From the human T2T-CHM13v2.0 reference genome, Homo sapiens, in the NCBI RefSeq assembly GCF_009914755.1, contig NC_060932.1: 64,000 bases of DNA. One strand, given 5' to 3'. Both the position numbers and the translations under genes were made by a program. Position 1 is the first letter of the stretch. The number at the start of each line of letters is the position of its first letter. The notes under the pieces are model-generated. The model was not told where the DNA came from. It searched no databases and saw only the letters and a list, made by a program, of their open reading frames with translations. This document shows, piece by piece, positions 14,350-33,904 of this stretch.

Positions 14350-14565
14350 CCTTCCTCTCTTGCTTCCTTCCTTCCTCCTTTTTTCCTCTTTTCCTTCCTT
14401 CCTTCCTTTCTTCCTTCCTCCCTAGCTTCCCTTTTCTCTCCCTTCCATCTTCCCTTCCTCTTTCCCTCCCTCTTACCTTCCCTTTCTCTTTCCTTCCCTT
14501 ACTCCCTCTATTCCTCATTCCCTTCCTCTTTCCCCCCATTATTTTTCTTTTCTTTTCCATCTTTT
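14350..14565. repeat. CT-rich polypyrimidine low-complexity tract
   Basis: About 215 bp almost entirely C/T; source of the spurious K/R/G/E- and F/S/P-rich ORFs. Confidence 0.9.
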
Positions 14566-14574
14566 CTAATATTT

Positions 14575-14770
14575 CTAATATATACTGGGTATTTTGGTAG
14601 GCCCTTTACATAAAACCTCATTTCATCATTATAACAACTCGCTATAACATTTTAATTCAATTTTTACAAATAACAGAGCCTCAGAGCATGTAGTTAATGC
14701 CCCAAGAAAGCACTACTGCTAAATAGTAGAAGTGGAATTGAAAAACAAATCTGTCTTGTTTGGAAGCTCA
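14575..14770 (-). mobile_element. MIR
   Basis: CCTTTACATAAAACCTCATTTCATC...TTTTACAAATAACAGAGCCTCAGAG...TAAATAGTAGAAGTGG. Confidence 0.65.
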
Positions 14771-15462
14771 TATTCATTCACAAATCTGTACTGAAACACA
14801 CACATGATAAAAACAAAAATAAACAAAGCAAAAAGCTAGGTTGGTGATTCCCAAACAGACTAGCTCTGCTTCCAGATGTTGCCTTTGAAAGATCTGTTAC
14901 TGGATGACAACATGTCTTCACATTCCCATCAGACTTCTGCTTCACAAGAAATATATTAACTAAAGTTAATAATGAGGATGAGAGGGGGCAACCTGCTCTG
15001 GCATTGTCTGAGGATAAAAGACTGAGGCACAAGATCTCACTGCCCATCAGAGAAAGTGAGATGTTTTAGCAGGGTGCTCCACAAGAGGTTGCTCTGTCTT
15101 GGTAGGAGATACTGGGTACCGCCACATCCCTCACCAACTGTTGTCAAAATATCAACTGGAGATACAATTTGGAAATGTTCACGCTTTTTTAATCCTTTTG
15201 TTTCTCTGAGGTTGCTTATTTCCCTCTCTGGACACTGTTTTACTAAGAGAAAAGCTCTATAACTCAGCTCTTAGAACACCGAACTCTAGTGAGTTCAGGA
15301 TGGATGATTCAGAAACATCTGGATTTAATTTCCTTCTTAACAGACATGAGACTCGAAATTAAGGGAAAATGTTTTTGGCAAATTTGGGGAGATTGTCAAG
15401 CCCCAAACCAAACTTAAAACCTAAAATAGAAAAGGATGAACTCATTTACCCATCCAGTCAAC

Positions 15463-15722
15463 ACACATTTATTCAGCAGGTGCATCCAGGTGGCTGGCAC
15501 CACCCTACATGCTGGGAAACAGTGCACAAGACAAGTAAGCTAGACATGTCAGCAGCTTGAGAGAGAAGATAAATTCATAAACCTAGAAATAAGCAGGACA
15601 ATTTCATATTTGGATAAGTCCTGTGAAAGCATAAAATAGGGTCTTTCATAGAGCACATAGATTATGAGTGGTGGTATCATTTTGGGTTGGGTATTTAGGG
15701 AGGGCCTCTCTCAGGAGGGAAG
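15463..15722 (-). mobile_element. L2 3' fragment
   Basis: CACATTTATTCAGCAGG...TGCTGGGAAACAGTG...AGGGAGGGCCTCTCTCAGGAGG. Confidence 0.65.
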
Positions 15723-15994
15723 CCTTGTGAAATTCAATGACAAGTGAATCTCTTCACAGCTCTCAGTCTTCCTTCCACACTCTGCTTCATGTCTTTGAGT
15801 CAGCCTACCCTGGTTCTGTTGATTCCCACTCTAGCTATTTTTCCAATACTTCATTCTCTCTCTGGCATGCTAAATCTCCACTCAGACTTGACTTCAAGGT
15901 CTAATCTAAATGAGGCAAAAAAGTAGGGCCAAAAGGCATGACCTGGTTAAGATCTTGACTTTCCCTCTTAATAGTGTTATGTCATATATACATT

Positions 15995-19110
<3,116 letters not shown>

Positions 19111-19114
19111 TTAA

Positions 19115-21570
<2,456 letters not shown>

Positions 21571-23444
21571 TTTTTGTCTTTCTTTCCTTAATAGGTGTTT
21601 CAAAATGGAATGCATAATATATTTTACTGTGAAAGAAGTTCAATGCTTTAAAATTGTTGTCACATACCAAAATATCTAGTTTAAAGCTTTTCATATAGCA
21701 TACATTAGGTAATGTTTATTAAATTCATTATCAGTAGTTCACGTCCTAATTACTTTCTCATATGTCTATTAAAAACACAAATAGTTCATTTTGCTGATCC
21801 ACAAGAAGCTTCAATGCTATGAATTGACTGTAATAGCTGCAAGATCAGTATCTAATCCCACTCCTCACCAACTCCCCTCTCCAAATTATTTATTCTAAAT
21901 CAGAGTGAGAATTTGCTTCAGATTTAATACACTCAGGAATGAGTTTCAATGCAAAATGAGACTCAAATTACCAAGATAGAAAATCAGAGCAAACTTGTTT
22001 ATCCTTTTAGGAAAAGACATTTGCCAGAGGAAAGGCTCTTCAATGATTCAAAATAACTTTCAAGAACTGATGCACTTTTATTGATTCATTTGGTTTATTG
22101 ATTTAATTGGTTAAGGGCTTAAAAATACCAAGGATATTTCCATTCTAGGCATTCTACTACAAGATAACACTCCAAAAAGCAGTGAAAACTAGGGATAGAG
22201 ACACAATTTTGCATTACAAATGTGTGATGTAAATATACGAGTGAAGTGATAGCTCTTGAATGTGGAAAAAAAAGTGTCCATGCTTTTCAAATGTGGAATC
22301 AATAATTTAGGTACACCAGAGTCTATGAAATACAGAAGAAAAAATACCTGCCTTTGGGTACCAGATTTTATGCTAGGAATTATTCATGTGTTATGTCTTT
22401 AATCTTCCCAGTAATCATTTTGTGAGATAAATATAATTTTCCTCGTGTTCAGGTAGGATAGCTGAAACAGAATGGGTAAGTTGCTTGGCTAAGGTCTCAT
22501 AGCTAGAAAGTGGCAAAATCAGAAAACACAGAAAATACTCATTGTATATGTGCCAGTGATTGTGTTAGAATATTGAAAGGTATGATTTTGTTTCGTCCTC
22601 GCATCAGCCCTGCGAGATTGATTTACAGTATTTTGCAGATGAGAAAATGGTGACACATAGAGCCCAAACATATTATACAGTGTCACGTGGCCAGCAAAGT
22701 CAGCATCAGGATTCATCTTCTGTCCTCTGTGATAACTAATTGTACCAGGAAAGGAAAACATATGCCAGAGAGGCTTTGTGGGGGAGCTCACGTTTAGGCT
22801 GGATCTCAAGAAAAGCCTAAACATTATTCTCCAGAGTTGAAAAGAGAGGTTTGTGTGGGAGGGAGATCTTAGGCTGAGAAAGCCCAGGGATGACTGAGGA
22901 AGCTGCCGCATGATGCTCTCACAGATGGCCAAATGGTTTGTCCAATATGCCTCCAGGTGAAGGAATAGCAAACTATTTCCTGACCCTTTCGGCTAGAGTA
23001 AATGGAGATCTTACTTGTCAGGGGTCTGGATGACAGTTGTGTTTTCAAAGTGTAGACTTAAACTGATGTGATTTCTAAGCCTACCTGAGTAACTTAAGGC
23101 AAGTTATTAAAGCCCTCGAAGTCTCAGTTTTCTAATCTGCAAAATAGGGTTAATATTAATACTTATTTCATCACATATTGGTTGAGAGGAGATTGGGTCA
23201 CTCAGGGACTGGGGCAAGATAAAAATCTTTGGATTGGATGCTATTTAGTGACCTTTCCAATTCTAAACTTTTCTGATATAAAATTTGACAAAGTATTGAG
23301 TCTTTAATGATGAAAACCTGGAATTAAAGAAATTGTTAGTAAGTACATTGCCTAGCATCTCTCATAAAACTTAACTTCCTAGGTAGCTGTATCTAAGGTG
23401 GACCCATATTTTTTGCATTCAAAAAAGAAAAAGAAATCTAAACC

Positions 23445-23660
23445 TACTGAGCATTTACTGCCAGGCAGTATTCCCTTCACTTTGTATTCATTATGGTTTT
23501 TAATCCCTACAAAACACATATGGCAAATATTATTCATATCATTTTGCATTTAAAAGAAATGGGACTAAGAAGTGGAAAAACTTTCCCCTAGTTGCAAAAT
23601 TGGCAACATGAGAATCCCAGGTTTGAACCCACATCTGTCTGACTCCAAGGTGTTTGCTCA
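23445..23660 (-). mobile_element. MIR
   Basis: CCTACTGAGCATTTACTGCCAGGC...CCCAGGTTTGAACCCACATCTGTCTGACTCCAAG. Confidence 0.75.
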
Positions 23661-23999
23661 CTATCCTGGGCATGTTAGATCTACTCTAAAATGAGATCAG
23701 TTTCTCTCCTCCAGGCACTCCTTGAACAGACCCCTAGTCTGAACTTGAGGAAGAGAGAGACTTCCCTTCTAAAGACGTCTGGCCTTCCAGCGGGAGGTGG
23801 GTATTGTTCCTTAGCATTCCATAAACTGTGTTCTAACCTGCCCATATCCTGTCACTCCAGCTTCCTTCCCTTGCTGATAGCTGGGCTGACTGTAAGCAGC
23901 AGCCCTGATACGCACTTCACTTGCCTCTTTGCCCAGTGGATACAATGATCCTTGACAGAAAAGATTTATGGGATTCCCATACTTCCAAAGAGGCACAAT

Positions 24000-24208
24000 C
24001 CAGATGTGAAACAAAGTTTACTGACTCTCCTTAAAAATCTTTTTTTACCTAAAAAAAAAAAAAAAAAAAATTAAACCAAAAAAATGAGGGAAGCCCAGAT
24101 GTGAAGTAGAGTTTACTGACTCTCCTTAAAAATATTTTTTTACCTAACAAAAAAAAAAAAATTAAGCAAACAAGCAAAAAAAGAAAAGAAAAAAAAAATG
24201 AGGGCAGC
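24000..24208. repeat. Two-copy tandem duplication (~95/114 bp)
   Basis: CCAGATGTGAA...GTTTACTGACTCTCCTTAAAAAT...TTACCTAA(A)n...ATGAGGG at 24000 and 24095. Confidence 0.9.
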
Positions 24209-24784
24209 TGAAGTGCTTGGTCCACACCCTTTAGAGCAGACACTTACTGTTCCTTATGCTCCAGTGTAAGTGACTTCCCTTTTCCTTTCTTCTTATCGCT
24301 TCCTTTTAAAGTGTGCCTGGAAGCATTGCAAAGGGGAAAGTATAAACAATGTCAGGGGTGGTGCTATATTTAAAGGAAATTTAGGTCTTGCATCCTGTCC
24401 TTCTCTTAAAAAATAAATAAATAAATAAACTCTCAAGAATTCCTGCACATTTTGTACCCTTCCCTTGGTGCGAGTTTATTTACATAGTTAGATAACCAGT
24501 TTAGCCCCGATAATCTCAGAGCTGACTTTCTGACTTTCACATTTGTAGTGAAAAGCTCCTAATCTCAGCCTTCTGGACTAACCGCTTATCCCTCTAACAA
24601 CTGTGTTTTTAAAAATGCTTCCAGGAATTTCCTCTTTAACATTCCCCAAAAAGGTGTAACATCATAGGGTTTGAGTTAGAATGACTTTCAGAAATGAAAG
24701 GAAAGGTGTTAGGAGTAAACTGGAGACCCGTGAGTAAAATCTTATACTTACGGTTTGTTTGACTTTCAAAAACAAATGTTGTCA

Positions 24785-25080
24785 AAAGATGTGATCCAAC
24801 ATTTAACAATTAATAGATGTCACATTTTAAAATCTGGCTTTTTAGATTATTTTTAGAGTGGAAGATATGGCAAACTTGGGCTGGCAATTCTACCTGACAA
24901 TAATTAGATGGAGTAGCCACTGCCCCCGTAGGAGAGGTGAATCTTTCTCTTATATTTCTCTGTGTTTCCAATATTAAGGCTCAAGTCCTCTGTGTTTGTG
25001 TCACCAACATTGAGGCTCAAGGCCAACAGCCCCTTAGGTCATTATATTGCCTTTGCATTGTTGTTGCTATATTTAAGAAA
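24785..25080. mobile_element. MER102-like DNA transposon fragment
   Basis: AAAATCTGGC...GGAAGATATGGCAAACTTGGGC...GAGTAGCCACTGCCCCC...CAACATTGAGGC resembles the recalled MER102 consensus. Confidence 0.6.
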
Positions 25081-25130
25081 ATTATATCTTATGATTATAT
25101 CTGTATGACCTTCAGCAAATGACAACCTCT

Positions 25131-26117
<987 letters not shown>

Positions 26118-26119
26118 TA

Positions 26120-26245
26120 CTCTGAGACTCAAATTTCTCCTAAATAAAATGGAATAATAGTAGTAAATATGTCCTTTGGGTGTTTTGAGGCTAAATGAAC
26201 TAATATATGTAGTGTTTAGAATAGTTCCTGATACACAGTAATTGC
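26120..26245 (+). mobile_element. MIR 3' half (5' part at ~25103-25130, split by the LTR)
   Basis: TATGACCTTCAGCAAATGAC | CTCTGAGACTCAAATTTCTCC...AAAATGGAATAATAG...GAGGCTAAATGA. Confidence 0.7.
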
Positions 26246-26480
26246 AATAGATATATTATTACTCTTATTTTGTTCAGAATTTATTGAGAGTTATTGTTAT
26301 TGAGAATTTCTGATACACAGTAATCGCGATAGATATATTATTACTGTTATTTTGTTCAGAATTTATTGAGAGTTATTGTTCAGAATTTATTGAGTTATTG
26401 AGAATTTTTGATACACGGTAATTGTGATAGACATATTGTTACTGTTATTTTTGTTCAGAATTTATTGAGAGTTATTGTTA
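26229..26480. repeat. Minisatellite, ~3 copies of an ~82-bp unit
   Basis: TGATACAC(A/G)GTAAT...TTGTTCAGAATTTATTGAGAGTTATTG starting at 26229, 26311 and 26409. Confidence 0.92.
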
Positions 26481-27184
26481 ACTAAGAAAATAAGGGTTTC
26501 TAATGTAATCTCTGTCTGCCCGACTATATAGTGTTTATATTCTTGGTGACTTAACATTTATGAGTGAGTATCTCATTACTTCATGATATTTTCTAGGGCA
26601 TATTTATGGAAAGATAAATGTAATATTATTTTAAATTATTTTGTTTTTTCCCTTTATAATACTTTTAGAACATAATATTAAGGTGGTTTTAAAACGTATG
26701 TGTGAGAATATATTATAGTATACATAAAATTTCTTTCTGAGAGTAAAGATGCATTACAAAATACTTGATCTGAAAAGAGCATGTGGGTTTGATTATGTTG
26801 AGTACCTTGGTCTAGTGTTTTCCACACATGGCCTAATTACCTTCTCTGACTTCCTAGAACATATAAGGGACTATTTTGGTCAATTCTCTGTCTGACTTTG
26901 CAACATTTAAAGAAAGACCAGTTTTATGCATAAAGAGAATAGCGATTATCTAATCAAATTGGAGTGACCAAGTTACAGCTTTCTAGAAGAGTAATGCTTG
27001 CTAATTGACAACCTTCAAAAGAGGAGAGAAGCATGTCTCAAAGGAAAGGTTCTAAGAGATTTATCCTTCTACTGCCTATTAACTGGGTTTGTGGCTCAAG
27101 GTTTAGGAAAGAGTCATCCAATATTTCATGCAAATCCAATGGTAGCTCTTGACACCAGAGTTCATCTCATTCCAAGTGTGATGA

Positions 27185-27955
27185 AAAACTATTGGAGGGT
27201 TTCAAACAAGTAGTTAACTGGAATTATTATACTCTTAAAAGATCACTGTAGTTGCTGGAAGGCACGTAATCCTCAAGGAGGAAGGCAGACCAAGAGGAGA
27301 AGCAGAAAGATCAGTTAAGAAATATTATCTCAGATGAGGAGTGAAACTACAGTGGTAGCAGGGAAGGTGATGAGATTTGGTCCAATTAAAAATATACTTT
27401 GAAGGCTGAACAAAAAGAGTATGCTGATGGATTAGATGTAGGATGTAACAGGCATCTAGCTGGCTCTTTTGGAATCAAGCAATAGCAGGAATGGTGATGC
27501 TATTGACTGAAATAGAGAACACAGAAAAAAAAGCAGGATTGAGCATGTGAATTCAAGGGTTCCATTTTGAACATGGTAAACTTAGCAGCCCATTGTTATC
27601 TGAGTGGAAATGCAGCTGGATATGTGAGTCTAGACTTTCTGGAAGAGGTCAGGTCTAGAAATGTGATTTGAGAGTCAGCAGTGTATTGGTCCTTTTAAAA
27701 TCATGATCTTGGATGAGATCTCTAAGAAGTGAGCACAGGGACTTACTAATGTTGAAAGATTTAGGAACATCAGGAGGATCCAGCAAGGGAGAGAGAGGAA
27801 GAGACCTAGATAGACAGGACAAAAAAATTTGGACGTATGGATGTCTTGTAGTGACAAACATGTTTTAAGAAGAGAAGGTAATCAGTTGCGTAAAAGACAA
27901 CTGAAATGTCAAGGAAAATGATCGTTGCGAATTCATTGTTGGATTAAGCAAAATG
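27185..27955 (-). mobile_element. L2 (L2a-like) fragment
   Basis: AAAGATCACTGTAGTTGCTG...GCTGATGGATTAGATGTAGG...TGGATATGTGAGTC...TGGATGAGATC. Confidence 0.8.
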
Positions 27956-27969
27956 TTTCTTAAGCTATT

Positions 27970-28275
27970 CTAGGTGTTTTAAAATGTTCATTATCACGTG
28001 TCTTAAAGTGGGACTTTAAACATATTTGTGCTGAGCACTTAGTTAAGGTTTTTAATCTGGAGGCCTGTGTGATTTTATTCTGGGAAAATTTCTCCTATTA
28101 TTTCGTGAGTTTTTTTTCTTCCCCTCCACTTTCTCGGGCCAGTATTTCTGGAATTTCTATTATTCAGATGTTCAACTTCCTGCACTGATTTTTCTAATTT
28201 TGTTTTTTCTCTTATTCTCCATCTTACAATATTTGGCTCTACTTCTGGGAGATTAGTGTGACTCAACTCTTTTAA
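27970..28275 (-). mobile_element. Old L1/HAL1 ORF1-region fragment
   Basis: TTCTGGGAAAATTTCTCCTATTATTTC...TCTGGAATTTCTATTATTCAGATGTT; the minus-strand frame ends EIIGEIFPE, like L1 ORF1 (EIIxENFP). Confidence 0.6.
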
Positions 28276-28283
28276 GTGAAAGA

Positions 28284-28420
28284 GTCGGGTGTGGTGGCAT
28301 ATGCCTGTAGTCCTAGCTACTTGAGAGGCTAAAGCAGGATCACTTGAACCCTTGAGTTCAAGGTTACAGTGAGCTGTGATCATGCCAGTGTACCCCAGCC
28401 TGGGCATCTCTAAAAATAAT
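28284..28420 (+). mobile_element. FRAM/FAM Alu monomer
   Basis: GTCGGGTGTGGTGGCATATGCCTGTAGTCC...TACAGTGAGCTGTGATCATGCC...CAGCCTGGGC. Confidence 0.8.
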
Positions 28421-28859
28421 CAACAGAAGATAAATAAGTAGATAGATAAATAATAGATAAATAAAGAAAAAATGAAGGAGAATTCAGAGTCTGATAACTG
28501 ATAAAGAGAAGAACCTGAGGGATCCATTTGCTTTACTTACATACTTTACAACAATCACTTCCAACATTATACCTCAGATCTGGGCTAATACGTAGGAGGG
28601 TGTGCACATCCTTTGGCAATCTTTAGTAGGATTTTGAAAGCTTAGCAGGAAGAGAAACATACCTGGAGGGGAAAAAAATGTACCCAAGAGATTTACTTGT
28701 CTTGTGGCCACAAGTTAAAGAAAACTTCTACCAATACCAAACTAAATCCCAGAAGTTCTTCTGATCTCGGAGGAATTTGAAAGAAGGCATTTTACTGTGG
28801 GTTACTCACGTGCTGATAAGAAAGACAGACATAAGCAATTATATTCGCAAGCTCCTTAA

Positions 28860-29262
<403 letters not shown>

Positions 29263-29573
29263 ATACTTGATTCTCTTAATTTTCTGGTATCTTGAAGTAC
29301 TGAAGTGTTATGAGTTGAGTTCATAATTTTATGTAACTCCTTCCACCATGTGCTAAGTACCTTGGTACTTAAGAACAGACGACATGATCTTCATCTTTCA
29401 AATCTATAATAACATTTAAAACTAGAGAAGGGAGGAGATAACAGACAGCCATGGGGTTGGTTGCAAATGGGGTATGGGACTGGTAACTATCATGGTTTTA
29501 AACGTTATGTGTAAAGGTGTAGGGAAGGGGAGAACTCTCCTTTTCATTCTAAGATATTGTTCTGGAAGGGTAA

Positions 29574-29972
<399 letters not shown>

Positions 29973-30001
29973 TAAAGTGACAATAAGAAGAAAGTACTAG
30001 A

Positions 30002-30300
30002 GGCCAGGAGCGGTGGCTGACGCCTGTAATCCCAGCACTTTGGGAGGCTGAGGCGGGAGGATCACGAGGTCAGGAGATCAAGACCATCCTGGCTAACATG
30101 GTGAAACCCCATCTCTACTAAAAATACAAAAAATTAGACGGGCGTGGTGGCACGTGCCTGTAATCCCAGCTACTCAGGAGGCCGAAGAAGGAGAATGGCG
30201 TGAACCTGGGAGACGGAGCTTGCAGTCGGCCGAAATCGTGCCACTGCACTCCAGTCTGGGCGACAGAGCGAGACTCCATCTCAAAAAAAAAAAAAAAAAA
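30002..30300 (+). mobile_element. AluY-like
   Basis: GATCACGAGGTCAGGAGATC, GGCTAAC, GGCGTGAACC, GGAGCTTGCAG; TSD AAGAAGAAAGTACTAGA. Confidence 0.94.
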
Positions 30301-30599
30301 GAAGAAGAAAGTACTAGAAATCAGATTTTGTCTCGTAGTTGCAGAAGAGCAGTTGTACCAGACAAATCTGTCATAAATTGTATGCTTTCTCACATCCCCT
30401 CCCATCTGAACTTTACTACCCATGGCATCCTTCTTTCGAAAGAACTCTAGACTGTACTTGGTTCAGGGCCAGCTAATATTAAATGGGGTGGGCAGGGATC
30501 CAGTAGCAGCCTCTATTTAATTACAAGATGGTTTGATAGAAAGGATGATAGACAATTACCAAATACCAATCAAAGTCACTTTCCTTGTGATTCAGCTGA

Positions 30600-30977
<378 letters not shown>

Positions 30978-31595
30978 CATTGGGCCTTTTTCTTATGATT
31001 TTCATGACTTTTTGCTTTGTAAATAGTAACAGCTTAAGTAACAAATGGATTTGATTAATTCCTTTGTCTCAATATTCCCATCTTCTCCTTTACGAAAGTC
31101 TTCCTCCAAGACTTAGTTGGGAAGTAACCAAAATACTTCATTTCTCAGTTTTCTTTAAAGTGTTGATTTGACTTCTGTTCTCCCAGGAGCAAGATGAGAG
31201 GTGGTCTCTGAGTTGATTACCAAGGTAGGTTTACTTCAAAGTGACTGAGAGATGAAGATCAACATAAGTTCATACAGATCCAGATGTGCCAAGCTTGGGT
31301 GGACTTTCTCTCCCTTTCTTTATCAACAGCTTTGATGATGTGCCAGGTAAAGCTGTCTATAGCCATTAGCTGCTTTGATGACATCAGACATATACTACCT
31401 GGCAACCTCAACTCTGCATTCCTGGAAAATCTCAGGAAACTTAAAGGATCATCTAAAAATTTATTTTGTATGTTTTGGGAGTTTGATTAAGAATTGTGGG
31501 TCAAACATCTATCTTTCAGATGAGGCCAATAACTATATTCTAATTTTTTCTTCAAAGCCACAGATACTCCAAGCTAAGGACCAATGCCAGCAATT

Positions 31596-31662
31596 ATATG
31601 TGTGTATATACACACACACACATATGTGTGTGTATTTATATGTGTATGTGTGTGTGTGTGTA
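31596..31662. repeat. Mixed (TG)/(CA)/(TA) microsatellite
   Basis: ATATGTGTGTATATACACACACACACATATGTGTG... Confidence 0.85.
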
Positions 31663-32019
31663 TTTGCAGAATTTGTATGAGGGCTTTCCATGTTTCAGTG
31701 GCTATGGAAGAGAGAAATAGACTAGGCTGGGACCGATGGATCTCAGGTTTTGACCCATACTCTGCCACTGTCTTTGTCACTTTGGACAAATGTCTTCTCA
31801 TCTCTCAGTCTTCTATTTTCTAAATTGGATAGAATTAGATGACTGGGGTTGAAAGACTTCTCTAGAAATGAGGGTGCCCAACTGCCTTCATTTTAGAAGT
31901 GAGAAAACTGAGGCTTTGTGTGACAAGCTTTTGCTGGGATCCAAGAATGCTCATAAGCAAGTTTTTGCCACTCAGCATTCAGTTTCCATTCCTATGGTGA
32001 CAGCATTCCAGTCTCCTCT

Positions 32020-32410
32020 AGAGAGCCCCATTCCCTCATTCTCCAACCAGTAAAAGGGGCTAACTGCAGTTACTATTATTGGAATTAACATGTGGCTTAA
32101 GCCTGCTCAATCAACATGTTTTGTGTCCTCACAGTTTCTCAGACCTTGTGACTGGTTGAGGGATGAGTCATGACTCAAACTAGACAAATGGGAGCCAATG
32201 AAACACAATTAGAAAACTTTGCTTTAAGAATTGAACAATGAGGTGTGTGGTTTCTACTGGAGTGTGAGAGTAAAAGTGGAATCAATTAAAGCTGTGCTTC
32301 AATCAAGAGAGGAGGTTCTACTTGAAAATGGAGGCAGATAACAAGTGACAGAGTGTGTTGTGAGAGGAAGATTGAGTCCTGTAGATATAATTTGAATCCC
32401 TGGGCCCAAC
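32020..32410 (+). mobile_element. MLT1 (K/L-like) LTR fragment
   Basis: GTGACTGGTTGAGGGATG...CCAATGAAACACAA...GAGTCCTGTAGATATAATTTGAATCCCTGG resembles old MLT1. Confidence 0.55.
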
Positions 32411-32924
32411 TTAAGCTAAATGTTGGAGCCAGTCTGCCCTGGTTGGAATCACAACTCTGCTACCAACAAGCTATGTGGCCTCCTTGAGCAAGCCACTAGA
32501 CTTCTGTATGTCTCAGTCACCTCATTGAGGTGAATAAAGATGAAGACTGGAAACTTGCCTCATAAGGTTGCTGTAATGAATACACAATTCCATACCCAAG
32601 TGCACCATATGCGTGTGTATGCACAGCGCACACACACATAGACACAGACACACACACACAGTTACCCTTATTATGACTGGAGTTGGCAGTTGTATGAGCC
32701 AGTACGTTCTATATTTTGCTGAACACAGTTTGATCTCTGACAAAATTAATTAATCAAGTTAGCAGCAGATCTTAAAACCAGGTATTCTGACCCACACTTC
32801 AGACAAATTAATTTCCCATCACTATAATGATGCATCAAATTAAGGCATTGGACTGTACAGAGAAGCAGTCCATATATTCTCTGAGTTTATTGAATTACCT
32901 TTCAACTAATGTTAAAGTCTAGGT

Positions 32925-33272
32925 ATTCAATTCTGGGAACTGCTGTGGATTTTGTTAGGTGTGATGCTACTGTGTTACTGAACAGGGAAATGGCCTTTCT
33001 TTTTTCTTTTTTTATAGATACACACTGAAGTATATAAGAGTCAATGTTATAAAAATCTATACTTTATTTTAAAGTAATTGTATTAGTCGGGGTTCTCTAG
33101 AGTTGACACTCAGTATTAACCATCACAGTAATTTAGCAAAATCCACAAAACAAGACAAAGCAAATATGACAAAATGCTAGTAACTGCCATTCCACTGAAT
33201 GATGGATAACTGAATGTTTATTATAAAATTATCTCAACTTTCTTGTATGTTTGAAAACCTATATAATGTAAA
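32925..33272 (+). mobile_element. Old L1 (L1MC/ME) 3' end fragment
   Basis: TTTTGTTAGGTGTGAT...AGATACACACTGAAGTAT...AAAGCAAATATGACAAAATG...CAACTTTCTTGTATGTTTGAAAA. Confidence 0.65.
33079..33127 (-). mobile_element. Internally deleted MLT2A (HERV-L) solo LTR, 49 bp
   Basis: Minus strand TGTGATGGTTAATACTGAGTGTCAACT-CTAGAGAACCCCGACTAATACA joins both MLT2A termini; perfect 5-bp TSD GTAAT. Confidence 0.85.
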
Positions 33273-33448
33273 CCTTGATTACAGTTCCTGACTTAATTAT
33301 TTGTCTTCCCCATTTCAATGTAGCCACCATAAGGGCAAAGTTGCCTGGGTTACTGTTGTATTCCCAGTGACTGTAATATAGTACCTGCTTAATAAAGACA
33401 TAATTAAAGGTGAACAGGTTAGACCTTGTTAGCTGAGAGGAACTTCAG

Positions 33449-33904
33449 GCCATCTATAACTGAAGATGTGGGTGCTCTGCCACATCCTCTCATCACCAGT
33501 CATTCCTGTGCATGCTGACAGCTTTCTACTGCAGGCATCTGGGACTTCTGTCCTGAAGGCTGACCTCAGGGCACTCAGCCTCTGCAAGGGGCTGGCCAGA
33601 TGTGACTTTCCCCAAGAGAAGCCCTGAACCAATGATAAGCAGATGTTGGAGGACAGTCATTTTAGGTTTCTTGTCCCTCTATTGAAACAATCTGTGGCTT
33701 ATTCTATATTGCTTCTCAGAGATTCCCAGGGCAATTGAGCTCAAATGGCCCACTGCATCTCCCTGCTTATGAACCCACTTTCCTCGGTTTACTTCTCTCC
33801 TCTTTCTTCCATCTGTACTCCCATACCTAAAATCATTTCTGAAATAAACTACTTGCCTCCAAATCTGTGTCTAAGATACAATTTCCAAGAGACAACCTGA
33901 GACA
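33449..33904 (+). mobile_element. LTR16-like ERVL solo LTR
   Basis: GCTGACAGCTTTCTACTGC...CCCTGAACCAATGA...TCTCAGAGATTCCCAG...AAATAAACTACTTGCCTCCAAATC...GAGACA. Confidence 0.65.

Noticed and set aside
14273-14613. Lys/Arg-rich and Phe/Ser/Pro-rich ORFs
   Set aside because: They are translations of the CT low-complexity tract.
22519-22971. Longest ORF (150 aa, minus strand)
   Set aside because: It partly overlaps MIR-like sequence and has no recognisable domain or coding-like composition.
26229-26480. Repeat array considered as CRISPR-like
   Set aside because: The units are tandem with no unique spacers, the context is eukaryotic and there are no cas genes.
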